From Clostridia bacterium (GTDB lineage: Bacteria; Bacillota; Clostridia; Oscillospirales; Acutalibacteraceae): a stretch of 64,000 nucleotides of DNA. How positions within the stretch are numbered: position 1 is the stretch's first letter; every line of letters starts with the position of its first letter. The stretch covers positions 11,507 to 75,506 of the forward strand of contig JAFSGH010000005.1 of NCBI GenBank assembly GCA_017440965.1, given 5' to 3'. The translations under genes and the position numbers were made by a program. The notes under the pieces were generated by a model. The model was not told where the DNA came from, did no database searches, and was given only the letters and a program-made list of their open reading frames with translations. Below, piece after piece: positions 56,425 to 64,000 of the stretch.

Positions 56425-57330
56425 TTATATCCAGTCTTTTATCTGTGCGGGATTTTCAAAAATATCATCCATTCTTTTTAAGAAGGGAACGATATCTCCG
56501 AAGTCAAGGGCACGGTGGTCAAAGGCGATACAAAGAGGAATCACCTTTCTTATAGCAATTTCCTTGCTTTCGTCTTCTTTGGTGATAACTACCGCTTTAT
56601 CCTGTGCAGAGCCGACTGCGATAGCGGTGACCTGAGGAGGAACTATCTCAAGAAGAGTGCAGGCACCTTTTTGCTGCGGATAAAGGGAGCCTATATTTGA
56701 AATCGTTATGGTGCCGGGCTCAAAATCGTATTTTGTAAGACGCTCCGTATCGGGGATGCTCTCATATTCCTCTTTTTCTTTGCCTTTAAGTGTTCTTACC
56801 TTATGCTTTCCGAGCTTTGCGCCGAGTATTCTTCTTGCCGCAACATCTATCTTGCCTTTTTTCAGCTCACCGATGGTTTTATTGAAGGAGATGTCATACA
56901 TTGCTTCGGTAAGATTTGTTTTTTCTGCACGTCTTCTGATATCCTCGATATATTCTGTCATTTGTGTCATAGACTTTTTATGAAAGCCGTGAAGATTTAC
57001 CGTCATCATCTCATCATTTGGCAATATCATCGGCATGGATATTGAGATCTTTTCGTGAGTAGTGAGCTTACCCTTGACGTAATGTCTGTCGTAATCAAGA
57101 ACTGAATTCATCTTTATTGCGGCTTTGAGTCCTTCTGTCAGTACCTTGATCATAAGAGTATTAAAGGATATACCGAGAGGCTTTACTTCTTCGGCATAAA
57201 AGCTGCAAAGAGCCTCTGCATCGGGTTCATACATATATGTAACATGGGGGATCTCACGCCAGGATTGTGTTGTCATTGCGGCGACCATTTTTCTTTGAAT
57301 GCCGAAATGTGATGTGAATTGTCTTGCCAT
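56425..57330 (-). CDS. Free-standing 2-oxoacid dehydrogenase E2-type acyltransferase catalytic domain, paralogue 2
   Basis: The 301-aa protein has a C-terminal IAFDHRALDFGD motif (DHRxxDG-type). No lipoyl domain is present. Confidence 0.65.
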   Translation of the reverse strand: MARQFTSHFGIQRKMVAAMTTQSWREIPHVTYMYEPDAEALCSFYAEEVKPLGISFNTLMIKVLTEGLKAAIKMNSVLDYDRHYVKGKLTTHEKISISMPMILPNDEMMTVNLHGFHKKSMTQMTEYIEDIRRRAEKTNLTEAMYDISFNKTIGELKKGKIDVAARRILGAKLGKHKVRTLKGKEKEEYESIPDTERLTKYDFEPGTITISNIGSLYPQQKGACTLLEIVPPQVTAIAVGSAQDKAVVITKEDESKEIAIRKVIPLCIAFDHRALDFGDIVPFLKRMDDIFENPAQIKDWI

Positions 57331-57653
57331 ATCTTTGCCTCCCGTTCAATTCCATTATATGGGATTATATCAGAAAAAATATAAAAATTCAATTAAAATA
57401 TCCGACATAATTTGCTCTTGGTGTCAATTAAAAGTAAATAATTTGTGAATAATATATAATAGGTGTAAAACTTGTTTGATTATAATACACAAATTAAATA
57501 TTTTGTTGTTTCAGAAATAAAATGCTTGTTTTTGTTGTTTTCTTGACAGTATATTAAAAATCGTTTCATTTATTGATCCGTAATCAATAATGAATATAAC
57601 GGCAGATACTTTCTGAAAATAACTGATACAGCGCTTTCAAAGGAGGCGGAAAG

Positions 57654-57684
57654 CAAAAAAAGATGTACCCTTGCAGGTACATCT
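57654..57684 (-). terminator. Intrinsic terminator downstream of the zinc-ribbon gene
   Basis: AGATGTACC pairs with GGTACATCT, with a T7 run on the minus strand. Confidence 0.75.
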
Positions 57685-57821
57685 TCCGATTGTTGATAAA
57701 CTATAAATTATGCACAGTAATAATACAGTCATTTAAGTTCAGACAAAAAATACAATTGCCGAGGTATATGTTATTGTGCTGTTTTGTTTGTCATCAATCT
57801 GCTGCTGAGCCTTAAGACAGA

Positions 57822-58094
57822 TTAAGCTCTGGACTTTGCAAAGCATTCGCTGCAGAGAACAGCTCTGTCATCACGGGGCTTGAAGGGAACCTTTGCTTCG
57901 CCGCCGCACTGGCTGCATGTGGTTACAAAGTATTCTCTTTCACCTTTTGCTGCCTGCTTACGGGCATTACGGCAATCTTTGCAGCGCTGGGGTTCGTTAA
58001 CGAAACCTTTTTCTGCGTAGAATTCCTGTTCACCTGCTGTGAAAACGAATTCGTTACCGCATTCTTTGCATTGGAGTGTCTTGTCTTCGTACAT
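57822..58094 (-). CDS. Small double zinc-ribbon protein (four CxxC pairs)
   Basis: The Cys pairs are CKECGNEF...CKDCRN and CSQCGGEA...CSECF. The protein is 90 aa. Confidence 0.75.
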   Translation of the reverse strand: MYEDKTLQCKECGNEFVFTAGEQEFYAEKGFVNEPQRCKDCRNARKQAAKGEREYFVTTCSQCGGEAKVPFKPRDDRAVLCSECFAKSRA

Positions 58095-58176
58095 TTTGCT
58101 ACCTCGCTAAAATAAATTTCCGTGAAAAACCTAATAGTCATCACAGGTTTATATCACACAGCTTTCACTGTTATGA

Positions 58177-58782
58177 TCACTTATTATTCAGAAATTTGCT
58201 GAGTTTACCGCGTATTCTCTGTATGGCATTATCAACAGTCTTTTCAGAGACAGACAACTTCCGTGCGATCTCTCTGTAAGAATTATCCGCAAGATAAAGA
58301 CGGATAACGGAGAATTCAAGCTCTGAAAGCTCGGTTTTAAGAAAGGTGTTGATGCCTGATGCTCCCTCACGGGAAATTATGCTGTCCTCAAGTGAGGTTA
58401 CAGAGGGGATATCTATATCATTAAGTGAAACGACACCGCCCTTGGGCGTATGCTTTTCTCTTGTTGCTGATCTGATTGCGGTTTTTATATTGTTTGAGAT
58501 ACATTTTGAAGCAAATGTTCTGAATGCTGTATTCTTGTCATCACGAAAAGAATATATAGCGGACAGAAGCCCTAAAAGTCCTTCCTGAAATAAATCATCA
58601 AATTCAAGAGAAGCAAGGGCACAGTAAGCGGCAAAACTGGAAGCAAGCGCAGCTGCAGTTATTTTTACGGTTTCACGGTATCTTTCAATCAGAAGCTTTT
58701 CTGCTTTGAGTACACCGGACTGAGCAAGCTTTACCAAAACTTCATCAGTAGAATGTATAATATCATCCGGTAATGAAATCAT
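58177..58782 (-). CDS. Sigma-70-family (group 3/4-like) RNA polymerase sigma factor
   Basis: A region 2-like block (DLFQEGLLGLLSAIYSFRDDKNTAFRTFASKCISNNI) and a region 4 HTH (YREIARKLSVSEKTVDNAIQRIRGKL) are present. Confidence 0.8.
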   Translation of the reverse strand: MISLPDDIIHSTDEVLVKLAQSGVLKAEKLLIERYRETVKITAAALASSFAAYCALASLEFDDLFQEGLLGLLSAIYSFRDDKNTAFRTFASKCISNNIKTAIRSATREKHTPKGGVVSLNDIDIPSVTSLEDSIISREGASGINTFLKTELSELEFSVIRLYLADNSYREIARKLSVSEKTVDNAIQRIRGKLSKFLNNK

Positions 58783-58990
58783 ATCTTACCCTCTTTAACA
58801 ATATAACAAGTTTATCATACTTAATAAAAATTCTTTTGTCAAGAGTCGCAAGGGGCTTTTTTGCTCATTTTTTACGATTTTTTTAATAAAATTGCTGTTT
58901 TTTTTATGTAAAGAGTAATTTTTTATAGGAAATCATTAAAGATTATCAAAATGCATATTGCGGATATTAATAAACTCATCATAAAAAAGT

Positions 58991-59068
58991 AAAAGCATTC
59001 TGTGTCAGTCCCTCTGCTCATTTTTTTCGGATGATCGGGATTTTGCACAATGCGAGCAATTTCCTATT
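58991..59068 (-). repeat. Degenerate single copy of the dispersed intergenic repeat family (reverse orientation)
   Basis: The reverse complement reads ATAGGAAATTGCTCGCATTGTGCAAAATCCCGATCATCCG...GACACAGAATGCTTTT and aligns with the 108-bp unit. Confidence 0.6.
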
Positions 59069-59073
59069 TAATT

Positions 59074-59102
59074 AAAAAGCAGGCTTTCTGTGAAAGCCTG
59101 CT
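59074..59102 (-). terminator. Intrinsic terminator of PHP paralogue 2
   Basis: AGCAGGCTTT pairs with AAAGCCTGCT, with a T5 run on the minus strand. Confidence 0.8.
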
Positions 59103-59130
59103 TTGATCAATATTTAAAGGGAGTATTTTA

Positions 59131-60672
59131 TCAGAAGAGATTTCCGAAAAATCTCATTATGATTGCAAACCAGTTGTTGAATTCAGCAAAGAGAAAATCA
59201 AGAACGCCGAGGTTTACATATGAGCCCTTTACGGGATCTGCCGTTCCTGCCTTTGCATCTGCATCAAGAAGGAAGGCCTGAGTGTAAACTATACCGCCCT
59301 CACCGAATACCTCAGCTCTTACATAGTCGCCGAGCTCATCGCTGTAATCATTAAGATCAAGCGTTGCTTCGTCTGCCTTTTGTGTGCAGATAAGCTCACC
59401 GCCGGAAATCCAACGGACTATAAGAGCATCGGTCGTGTTGATCGTAATTTCATCTGTATCCTCATTTACTTCAATAGAGGAGATACGGGGATCCGCCTTG
59501 GCTGTGTTATAGCCCTCGTCATCAAGAGTTGAATAAGTGATTCCGATGCTTTCGTCAGCATCATATTCACCGTTTTCAATGCCCTCGATCTTTGCAGCCA
59601 TTGAAGCTACAGTACTGTTAACCTTGTTGTAAAGCTCTGTCTCGCCGTAGAACTCCTTAAGAGCTGCTGCGATATCAACAAGTTCATCATAATTTCCTAT
59701 GCAATGGCTTGCTGCAAAGAATTCACCGTTTTCAAGGCATTCCTTAAGAGCGGGAGATGTCTGCTCCTCAAGAAGAGCAAGAGTGTAGCCTGTATCTATA
59801 ACGCTGAGCTGATGAGCATCAGAGGTTGCAATAGCATAAACATTTTCGCCGTTTGCAGAAAATCTTGTGAGAAGATTATCCCAGAGGATTCTGTCAAATC
59901 TTGTTCTGTTGTCACCCTTGGAGTTCATATCGATACCGATGCAGGTGTCATAGTCTCTGATAAGAGTTGCGAATTTATTGATATAATAATTATATACAGG
60001 ATTTTCGTCGTTATAAGCATCCTCTGAACGGATCTCATATCTTGCCTTTGTGTATTCGCCGGGATGGTTGATAACGCTGACACCGCCGAGCTTATGAACA
60101 CCCTTTACGGCATCCTCATAGGTAGTAATTGAATTGTCAACATGGTCTACAAACCAGCTGTTTACATGAGCGTTTACTGACACTGCATTGTTTTCAATGC
60201 CGTAGGGAACTCTGAGCACCTTTTTACCTGTGCTGAGTGTGAGATAATCGTCACCGTTAGCTTCTGTTTTGTATGTATAAGCTGTTCCGTCGGAGAAAGT
60301 GCCTTCTGATGAAAGATAAACAAGCTCTCCCTCTGTTTTACCTACAAGGCTCATTACACCGTAGATGAGAGCATTTGCATTTTCTTCACCCCATGTATAG
60401 TTTACCGTGCCGTGGTCCGTTGTTGCAACGATATCAAAGCCTGCGGCAACATGGCGTTCAACGGATTCCTTAAGAGTATCGTCTCCGTCACTTGCATTTG
60501 TGTGAGAATGAAGTCCTGTTTTGTAAGCATAGACTGCATCCCAGTTAATGTCCTTATAAGGGTTTGTGATCTGATAGGATCCGTCTGCCTCTGCGGCAAA
60601 TGCAACGGAAACTGCAGAAAGACACATAAATGCAGCTAATGCTACAGCAAGGATAACCTTGATTTTTCTCAT
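59131..60672 (-). CDS. Secreted PHP-domain metal-dependent phosphoesterase, paralogue 2
   Basis: A signal peptide (SAVSVAFAAE) is followed by GLHSHTNASDG, TTDHG, VINHPG and TSDAH. It is collinear with 42589-43938, including DYVRAEVFGEGG versus LYVRAELLGEGG, and also ends in a hydrophobic tail. Confidence 0.7.
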   Translation of the reverse strand: MRKIKVILAVALAAFMCLSAVSVAFAAEADGSYQITNPYKDINWDAVYAYKTGLHSHTNASDGDDTLKESVERHVAAGFDIVATTDHGTVNYTWGEENANALIYGVMSLVGKTEGELVYLSSEGTFSDGTAYTYKTEANGDDYLTLSTGKKVLRVPYGIENNAVSVNAHVNSWFVDHVDNSITTYEDAVKGVHKLGGVSVINHPGEYTKARYEIRSEDAYNDENPVYNYYINKFATLIRDYDTCIGIDMNSKGDNRTRFDRILWDNLLTRFSANGENVYAIATSDAHQLSVIDTGYTLALLEEQTSPALKECLENGEFFAASHCIGNYDELVDIAAALKEFYGETELYNKVNSTVASMAAKIEGIENGEYDADESIGITYSTLDDEGYNTAKADPRISSIEVNEDTDEITINTTDALIVRWISGGELICTQKADEATLDLNDYSDELGDYVRAEVFGEGGIVYTQAFLLDADAKAGTADPVKGSYVNLGVLDFLFAEFNNWFAIIMRFFGNLF

Positions 60673-60730
60673 AATTATTACCCCTTTATTATTTAAGTTG
60701 GAAATATTTTAACACAGTTTTTTTTTGAGT

Positions 60731-61429
60731 TCAATATTTTTTTGATTTTTTTGTTGCGGTGCATGCGGCGGCATAAACCTCATCCGCACCGAAAATTAGA
60801 AGGGTTTTTGCTATTTCATTGAAGGTGGAATATGTTGTGGTTACATCGTCTGCAACAAGAATTCTCTTGCCCTTTATTTCCGCTTCATATTTTTTATCCG
60901 GCTCATAGATGCCGAGGAGATTGCCTTTTCTGAATATCTTTTTGGTGTCATGCTGAACAGATGCAGTGCTTTCCTTTATGAGAAACGGAATGCAGGGCTT
61001 ATTGCACAGCCGTGCTATGTGCCTTGCAAGAAGCTCCGACTGATTATAGCCTCTTTTGAATTTGCGGTATCTCCCCATCGGCACGAAGGTTACCGCGTCA
61101 ATGCTGTCTGTAAGCTCTCTTTCCTGAAGAGAAAGATATATCAGCTTTGCATATGCCTTGGCAATATCCGGGCGGGCTCTGAACTTCATTCTGAAAACGG
61201 TTCTTTTCGGAGGCCCGTCATAGAAAAAGCATACGGAAAGCTTAGAAAAATACTGACGCTTGGTGCATATGCAGTCGCGAACGGAGAGAAAACAGGTATC
61301 ACATCTGTTTTTGGAATTAAAGGGACGTATGCGTAGCTCGTTACAAGCCTTGCAGACGGGAAATGCATCCTCTGTAATCGTATCACAGCCTGCGCATCTC
61401 GGAGGGAAGAAGATATCTGTCAGCTTCAT
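60731..61429 (-). CDS. comFC: ComF-family (ComFC) phosphoribosyltransferase-like protein
   Basis: An N-terminal zinc finger (CAGC...CKAC) and a PRT motif (ILVADDVTTT) are present. Confidence 0.8.
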   Translation of the reverse strand: MKLTDIFFPPRCAGCDTITEDAFPVCKACNELRIRPFNSKNRCDTCFLSVRDCICTKRQYFSKLSVCFFYDGPPKRTVFRMKFRARPDIAKAYAKLIYLSLQERELTDSIDAVTFVPMGRYRKFKRGYNQSELLARHIARLCNKPCIPFLIKESTASVQHDTKKIFRKGNLLGIYEPDKKYEAEIKGKRILVADDVTTTYSTFNEIAKTLLIFGADEVYAAACTATKKSKKY

Positions 61430-61986
61430 AATATGCCGTTTTCCGTAAGTGTTCTGTTGAGTCTTGCAATGGGAAAGCCCATTACATTAAAATAATCGCC
61501 CTCTATTCCCTTTACAAAAAGAGCCGCTTTGCCCTGGATCCCGTAAGCTCCTGCTTTATCAAAGGGCTCGCCCGAGGCAATATATTTATTTATCTCCGTA
61601 TCGGAAAGCTCATAAAAGGTAACATCGGTCTTTTCGGCAAATGTTATCTCTTTTTCTCCCGAAATGATACATACTCCCGTAAAAACTGTATGTGTTTTTC
61701 CTGAAAGGGAGGAAAGCATCTCAAACGCCTCTTTTTCGGAATGCGGCTTACCGAGGATCTTTTCTCCGTAAGATACTACCGTATCGGCGGAAATTACCGT
61801 ATTGTCGGGGTTGTCGTTGCTGACTGCCCGGCCTTTGATCCTTGCGAGATGTATCACCGTTTCCTCAGGAGACAAGACTTCTTTAATTGTCTCATCGGCA
61901 TCGGATACCCTGATAATGAAATCATCGGTGATAAAGCTCATAAGCTCCTTGCGTCTTGGTGAGGCTGAAGCAAGTATCAGTGCCAT
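61426..61986 (-). CDS. maf: Maf-family nucleoside triphosphate pyrophosphatase
   Basis: The motifs LILASASPRR, SADTVV and GAYGIQG identify it. Confidence 0.92.
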   Translation of the reverse strand: MALILASASPRRKELMSFITDDFIIRVSDADETIKEVLSPEETVIHLARIKGRAVSNDNPDNTVISADTVVSYGEKILGKPHSEKEAFEMLSSLSGKTHTVFTGVCIISGEKEITFAEKTDVTFYELSDTEINKYIASGEPFDKAGAYGIQGKAALFVKGIEGDYFNVMGFPIARLNRTLTENGIL

Positions 61987-61987
61987 A

Positions 61988-62242
61988 TTATTTCTCCTCT
62001 GTCATTTTTCTGAGAGCAGTTGCAAGCTGATCGGGACAGGATGTAGGCTTGAAGCCGCAACGGATACCTGAAAGTCTTTCTATTACATCCTGAGCCTTCA
62101 TTCCCTTGACGAGGGCGGAAATTCCTTTTGTGTTGCCGTTACAGCCACCTATAAAGCGTGCATTTTCGATGATGCCGTTATCGTTAAGCTCTATTTCTAT
62201 CGCTGAGGCACAGGTTCCTTTTGTCTTATATGTATATGTCAT
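61988..62242 (-). CDS. TSCPD-domain small protein
   Basis: The 84-aa product has GTCAS, GGCNGN and TSCPDQL motifs. Confidence 0.8.
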   Translation of the reverse strand: MTYTYKTKGTCASAIEIELNDNGIIENARFIGGCNGNTKGISALVKGMKAQDVIERLSGIRCGFKPTSCPDQLATALRKMTEEK

Positions 62243-62257
62243 TTCTTTGTCTCCTTG

Positions 62258-63100
62258 TTACATCATTTCATCATCCGAATCAATAAAGAAGGCCTTTATA
62301 TCATTCCATTTTGATTCTATTTCTCTTATGCTGTCATCAGCAGCCTTTCGCATAGTGCTATATATAGACATAAGTCTGCTTTTAGGTCCCTTTGATGCCA
62401 GCTCTTCATATTTCGCAACGATATCGTAATATTGGCGGTTTATATCGTTTTTCCATTCAGTAAGCTTTTCTGTGCCTGAGCGAAGCTCCTCATAGGTGCT
62501 TTCTGCAGTGTCCTTGAACTGCTCGGCTTTTTCCATAACGCTCACTTTAAGAGCAGAAAGCTTTTTCATGAGCTTGTTGATGTCGGCCGCCGCTTTAACG
62601 GTGAATATAAGATCAACGGTGAAAATTGCGAGAATTACAAAAACTGCAATGACTCTGACCTCTTGGCTTATAAAGCCGAGGGCAAATCTGTACATGGGGG
62701 CAATAAGGTATACGTAAACGAAAGCAAATATTGCCCAATAGCAGGTATGCTTGAAGCAGATCCTGCCGTGAAGATTAAGGAAATTGTTTGAATAATCCCA
62801 CCAACGGGCATTAAAGAGCTTTTCCATAATATAGCTTGTTACATACTCGACAATATCGGCAAGAAGCATTCCCAGAAGAAGAACGATTATAAGCCTTTTT
62901 TCAATGGGCTCCGATAAGGGAACGAGGATAATATCGAAAACAAGACAGCCTGTTCCGTATATGGGGCACATAGGGCCGTACAGAAATCCGCTGTTGATTA
63001 TTCTTCTTTCACCCAATGAACGGTAGGTGCATTCTATTGCCCAGCCGATGGCACTGAATACAAAAAACATAAAAACATAATCTATAATAACATCAAACAT
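62258..63100 (-). CDS. Polytopic membrane protein of the family annotated as putative ABC-transporter type IV, with a coiled-coil C-terminus
   Basis: The N-terminus FFVFSAIGWAIECTYRSLGERRIINSGFLYGPMCPIYG matches my recollection of that family (PF06541-like). The C-terminal 100 aa or so are helical and charged. Confidence 0.55.
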   Translation of the reverse strand: MFDVIIDYVFMFFVFSAIGWAIECTYRSLGERRIINSGFLYGPMCPIYGTGCLVFDIILVPLSEPIEKRLIIVLLLGMLLADIVEYVTSYIMEKLFNARWWDYSNNFLNLHGRICFKHTCYWAIFAFVYVYLIAPMYRFALGFISQEVRVIAVFVILAIFTVDLIFTVKAAADINKLMKKLSALKVSVMEKAEQFKDTAESTYEELRSGTEKLTEWKNDINRQYYDIVAKYEELASKGPKSRLMSIYSTMRKAADDSIREIESKWNDIKAFFIDSDDEMM

Positions 63101-63662
63101 TTTTTTTCTCCGGGGAATTGTTAAGATTTTTATTTATTTCTGAAAGTCTTGCTTCAAATCTTGCCTTCATTTTTTCTTTTTTAGTAAGCTGCATTTCCAT
63201 TGAAGCACAGTATTTATCTGAAAATGTAACGATAAAGCCTTCTCTTGAGGACGGAGGAAGGGGAGTCAGCGGCCACATATGGCGAAGAATTATCCGTATT
63301 TCCTTTTTTGTCAATCCCGGCTCAAGGCGCTTGGCGTTGTCTGCCGCAAATGCAGGATGCCTGAAGCCGTGGGGACGGTGGCTGAAATCCGCATCATGCC
63401 AATCATAATAAACGAGATCGTGTAATAATGCTCCTCTTGAGGCGGCCTTGACATCAAGAGACAGCCTTTTTGACAGCACATAGCTCATATAGGTTACTGC
63501 TCTTATGTGATCAAGGCGATTTGCGTCGCTGTGCTGAGGATATGCTCTCATCGACTGGACCTCATCCGTACAGTAAAGATAGCCGACATACGAAAAAAAT
63601 TCAGCATCCTTTTCGGGAGACAGTGCGTAGGAGCGGGTAAATATATCAAATAAGCTTTCCAT
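63093..63662 (-). CDS. HD-domain phosphohydrolase
   Basis: H...HD metal motifs are present (HIRAV, LLHDLVYYDWHD). Confidence 0.7.
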   Translation of the reverse strand: MESLFDIFTRSYALSPEKDAEFFSYVGYLYCTDEVQSMRAYPQHSDANRLDHIRAVTYMSYVLSKRLSLDVKAASRGALLHDLVYYDWHDADFSHRPHGFRHPAFAADNAKRLEPGLTKKEIRIILRHMWPLTPLPPSSREGFIVTFSDKYCASMEMQLTKKEKMKARFEARLSEINKNLNNSPEKKNV

Positions 63663-63754
63663 AGTAAGAATTCCTTATAAAATTTTTGCATACACAGTAA
63701 TATTATCATAACAATAAAAAAATATCAAGTTTTAAACAGTTTTTTGCTCTTTCA

Positions 63755-63783
63755 TTGACTTTTAGCTTTTGTTGATATAAAAT
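63755..63783 (+). promoter_or_regulatory. Promoter of rnpB (TTGACT, 17 nt, TAAAAT)
   Basis: The sequence reads TTGACT tttagcttttgttgata TAAAAT, about 7 nt before the predicted RNA 5' end. Confidence 0.55.
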
Positions 63784-63789
63784 ATAACT

Positions 63790-64000
63790 GCGAGTAAGCT
63801 GGGCAATTACGCTTGAAGATTCAGGTGAGGAAAGTCCGGGCTCCTCAGAGCAGGATAACGGCTAACGGCCGCCGAGGGTGACCTTAAGGGAAAGTGCAAC
63901 AGAGATATACCGCCTGCTTATTGCAGGTAAGGGTGGAAAGGCGAGGTAAGAGCTCACCGGCATACCGGAGACGGCTATGCCCTGTAAACCCTATCCGGAG
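63790..64000 (+). ncRNA. rnpB: RNase P RNA (type A), 5' portion, truncated by the window edge
   Basis: The universal CR-I block GAGGAAAGTCCGGGCTC is present. Downstream lies AGGGTGGAAAGGCGAGGTAAGAGCTCACC, which resembles the type-A P10-P12 region. Confidence 0.9.

Noticed and set aside
57683-57823. 46-codon ORF starting at the ATG inside the 57661-57684 hairpin
   Set aside because: The start codon is buried in the terminator stem of the zinc-ribbon gene, and the nearest GGAGG is about 16 nt away, which is too far. The product is Cys/Leu-rich with no features.

Overview
This 64-kb window comes from a low-GC, spore-forming Clostridia chromosome. The cohesin/dockerin-type protein and overall gene content suggest a Ruminococcus-like Oscillospiraceae, but that is inference only. 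Most of the window is housekeeping and it is densely coding.

Main gene blocks:
- 21.6-37.1 kb (+): the complete S10-spc-alpha ribosomal protein superoperon, rpsJ to rplQ, including secY, adk, map, infA and rpoA. rpmD and rpmJ are below the ORF-track size cutoff and were found by eye.
- 15.4-18.3 kb (-): the rpmH-rnpA-yidD-yidC-jag cluster. rpmH was also found by eye.
- 7.9-9.3 kb (-): the forespore sigma module spoIIAA-spoIIAB-sigF.
- About 5.4 kb: lexA, with recognisable LexA boxes inside its own promoter.
- 44-48.4 kb (-): hprK-glucokinase-murB-whiA-ybaK.
- Elsewhere: an alpha/beta SASP, comFC-maf, a two-component system, and the 5' part of RNase P RNA at the right edge.

I see no CRISPR array, rRNA, tRNA, transposase, integrase, prophage or recognisable defence cassette.

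Structure not explained by ordinary genes:
1. A ~263-bp hairpin-rich element with 20-bp terminal inverted repeats. It is present twice in opposite orientation (37.2 kb and 56.1 kb), each copy just downstream of an intrinsic terminator.
2. A second repeat family. Its full form is a 108-bp unit repeated three times in tandem at 53.17-53.49 kb. Units 1 and 2 each combine a consensus-like promoter, a 25-bp palindrome and a C5/G5 hairpin. The array lies between a divergent orphan ANTAR pseudo-receiver regulator and a metallophosphoesterase/threonine-aldolase pair. Degenerate copies sit at 15.2, 41.0 and 59.0 kb.
3. Two diverged paralogues of a secreted PHP-domain protein, one of them next to a cohesin-like/dockerin/Cys-rich protein.
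4. Two free-standing E2-type (CAT-fold) acyltransferase catalytic domains.
5. A ~330-nt leader between a near-consensus promoter and rpsJ.
6. An M23 peptidase divergent from lexA.

All functional calls rest on my own reading of motifs in the translations. No database search was run.
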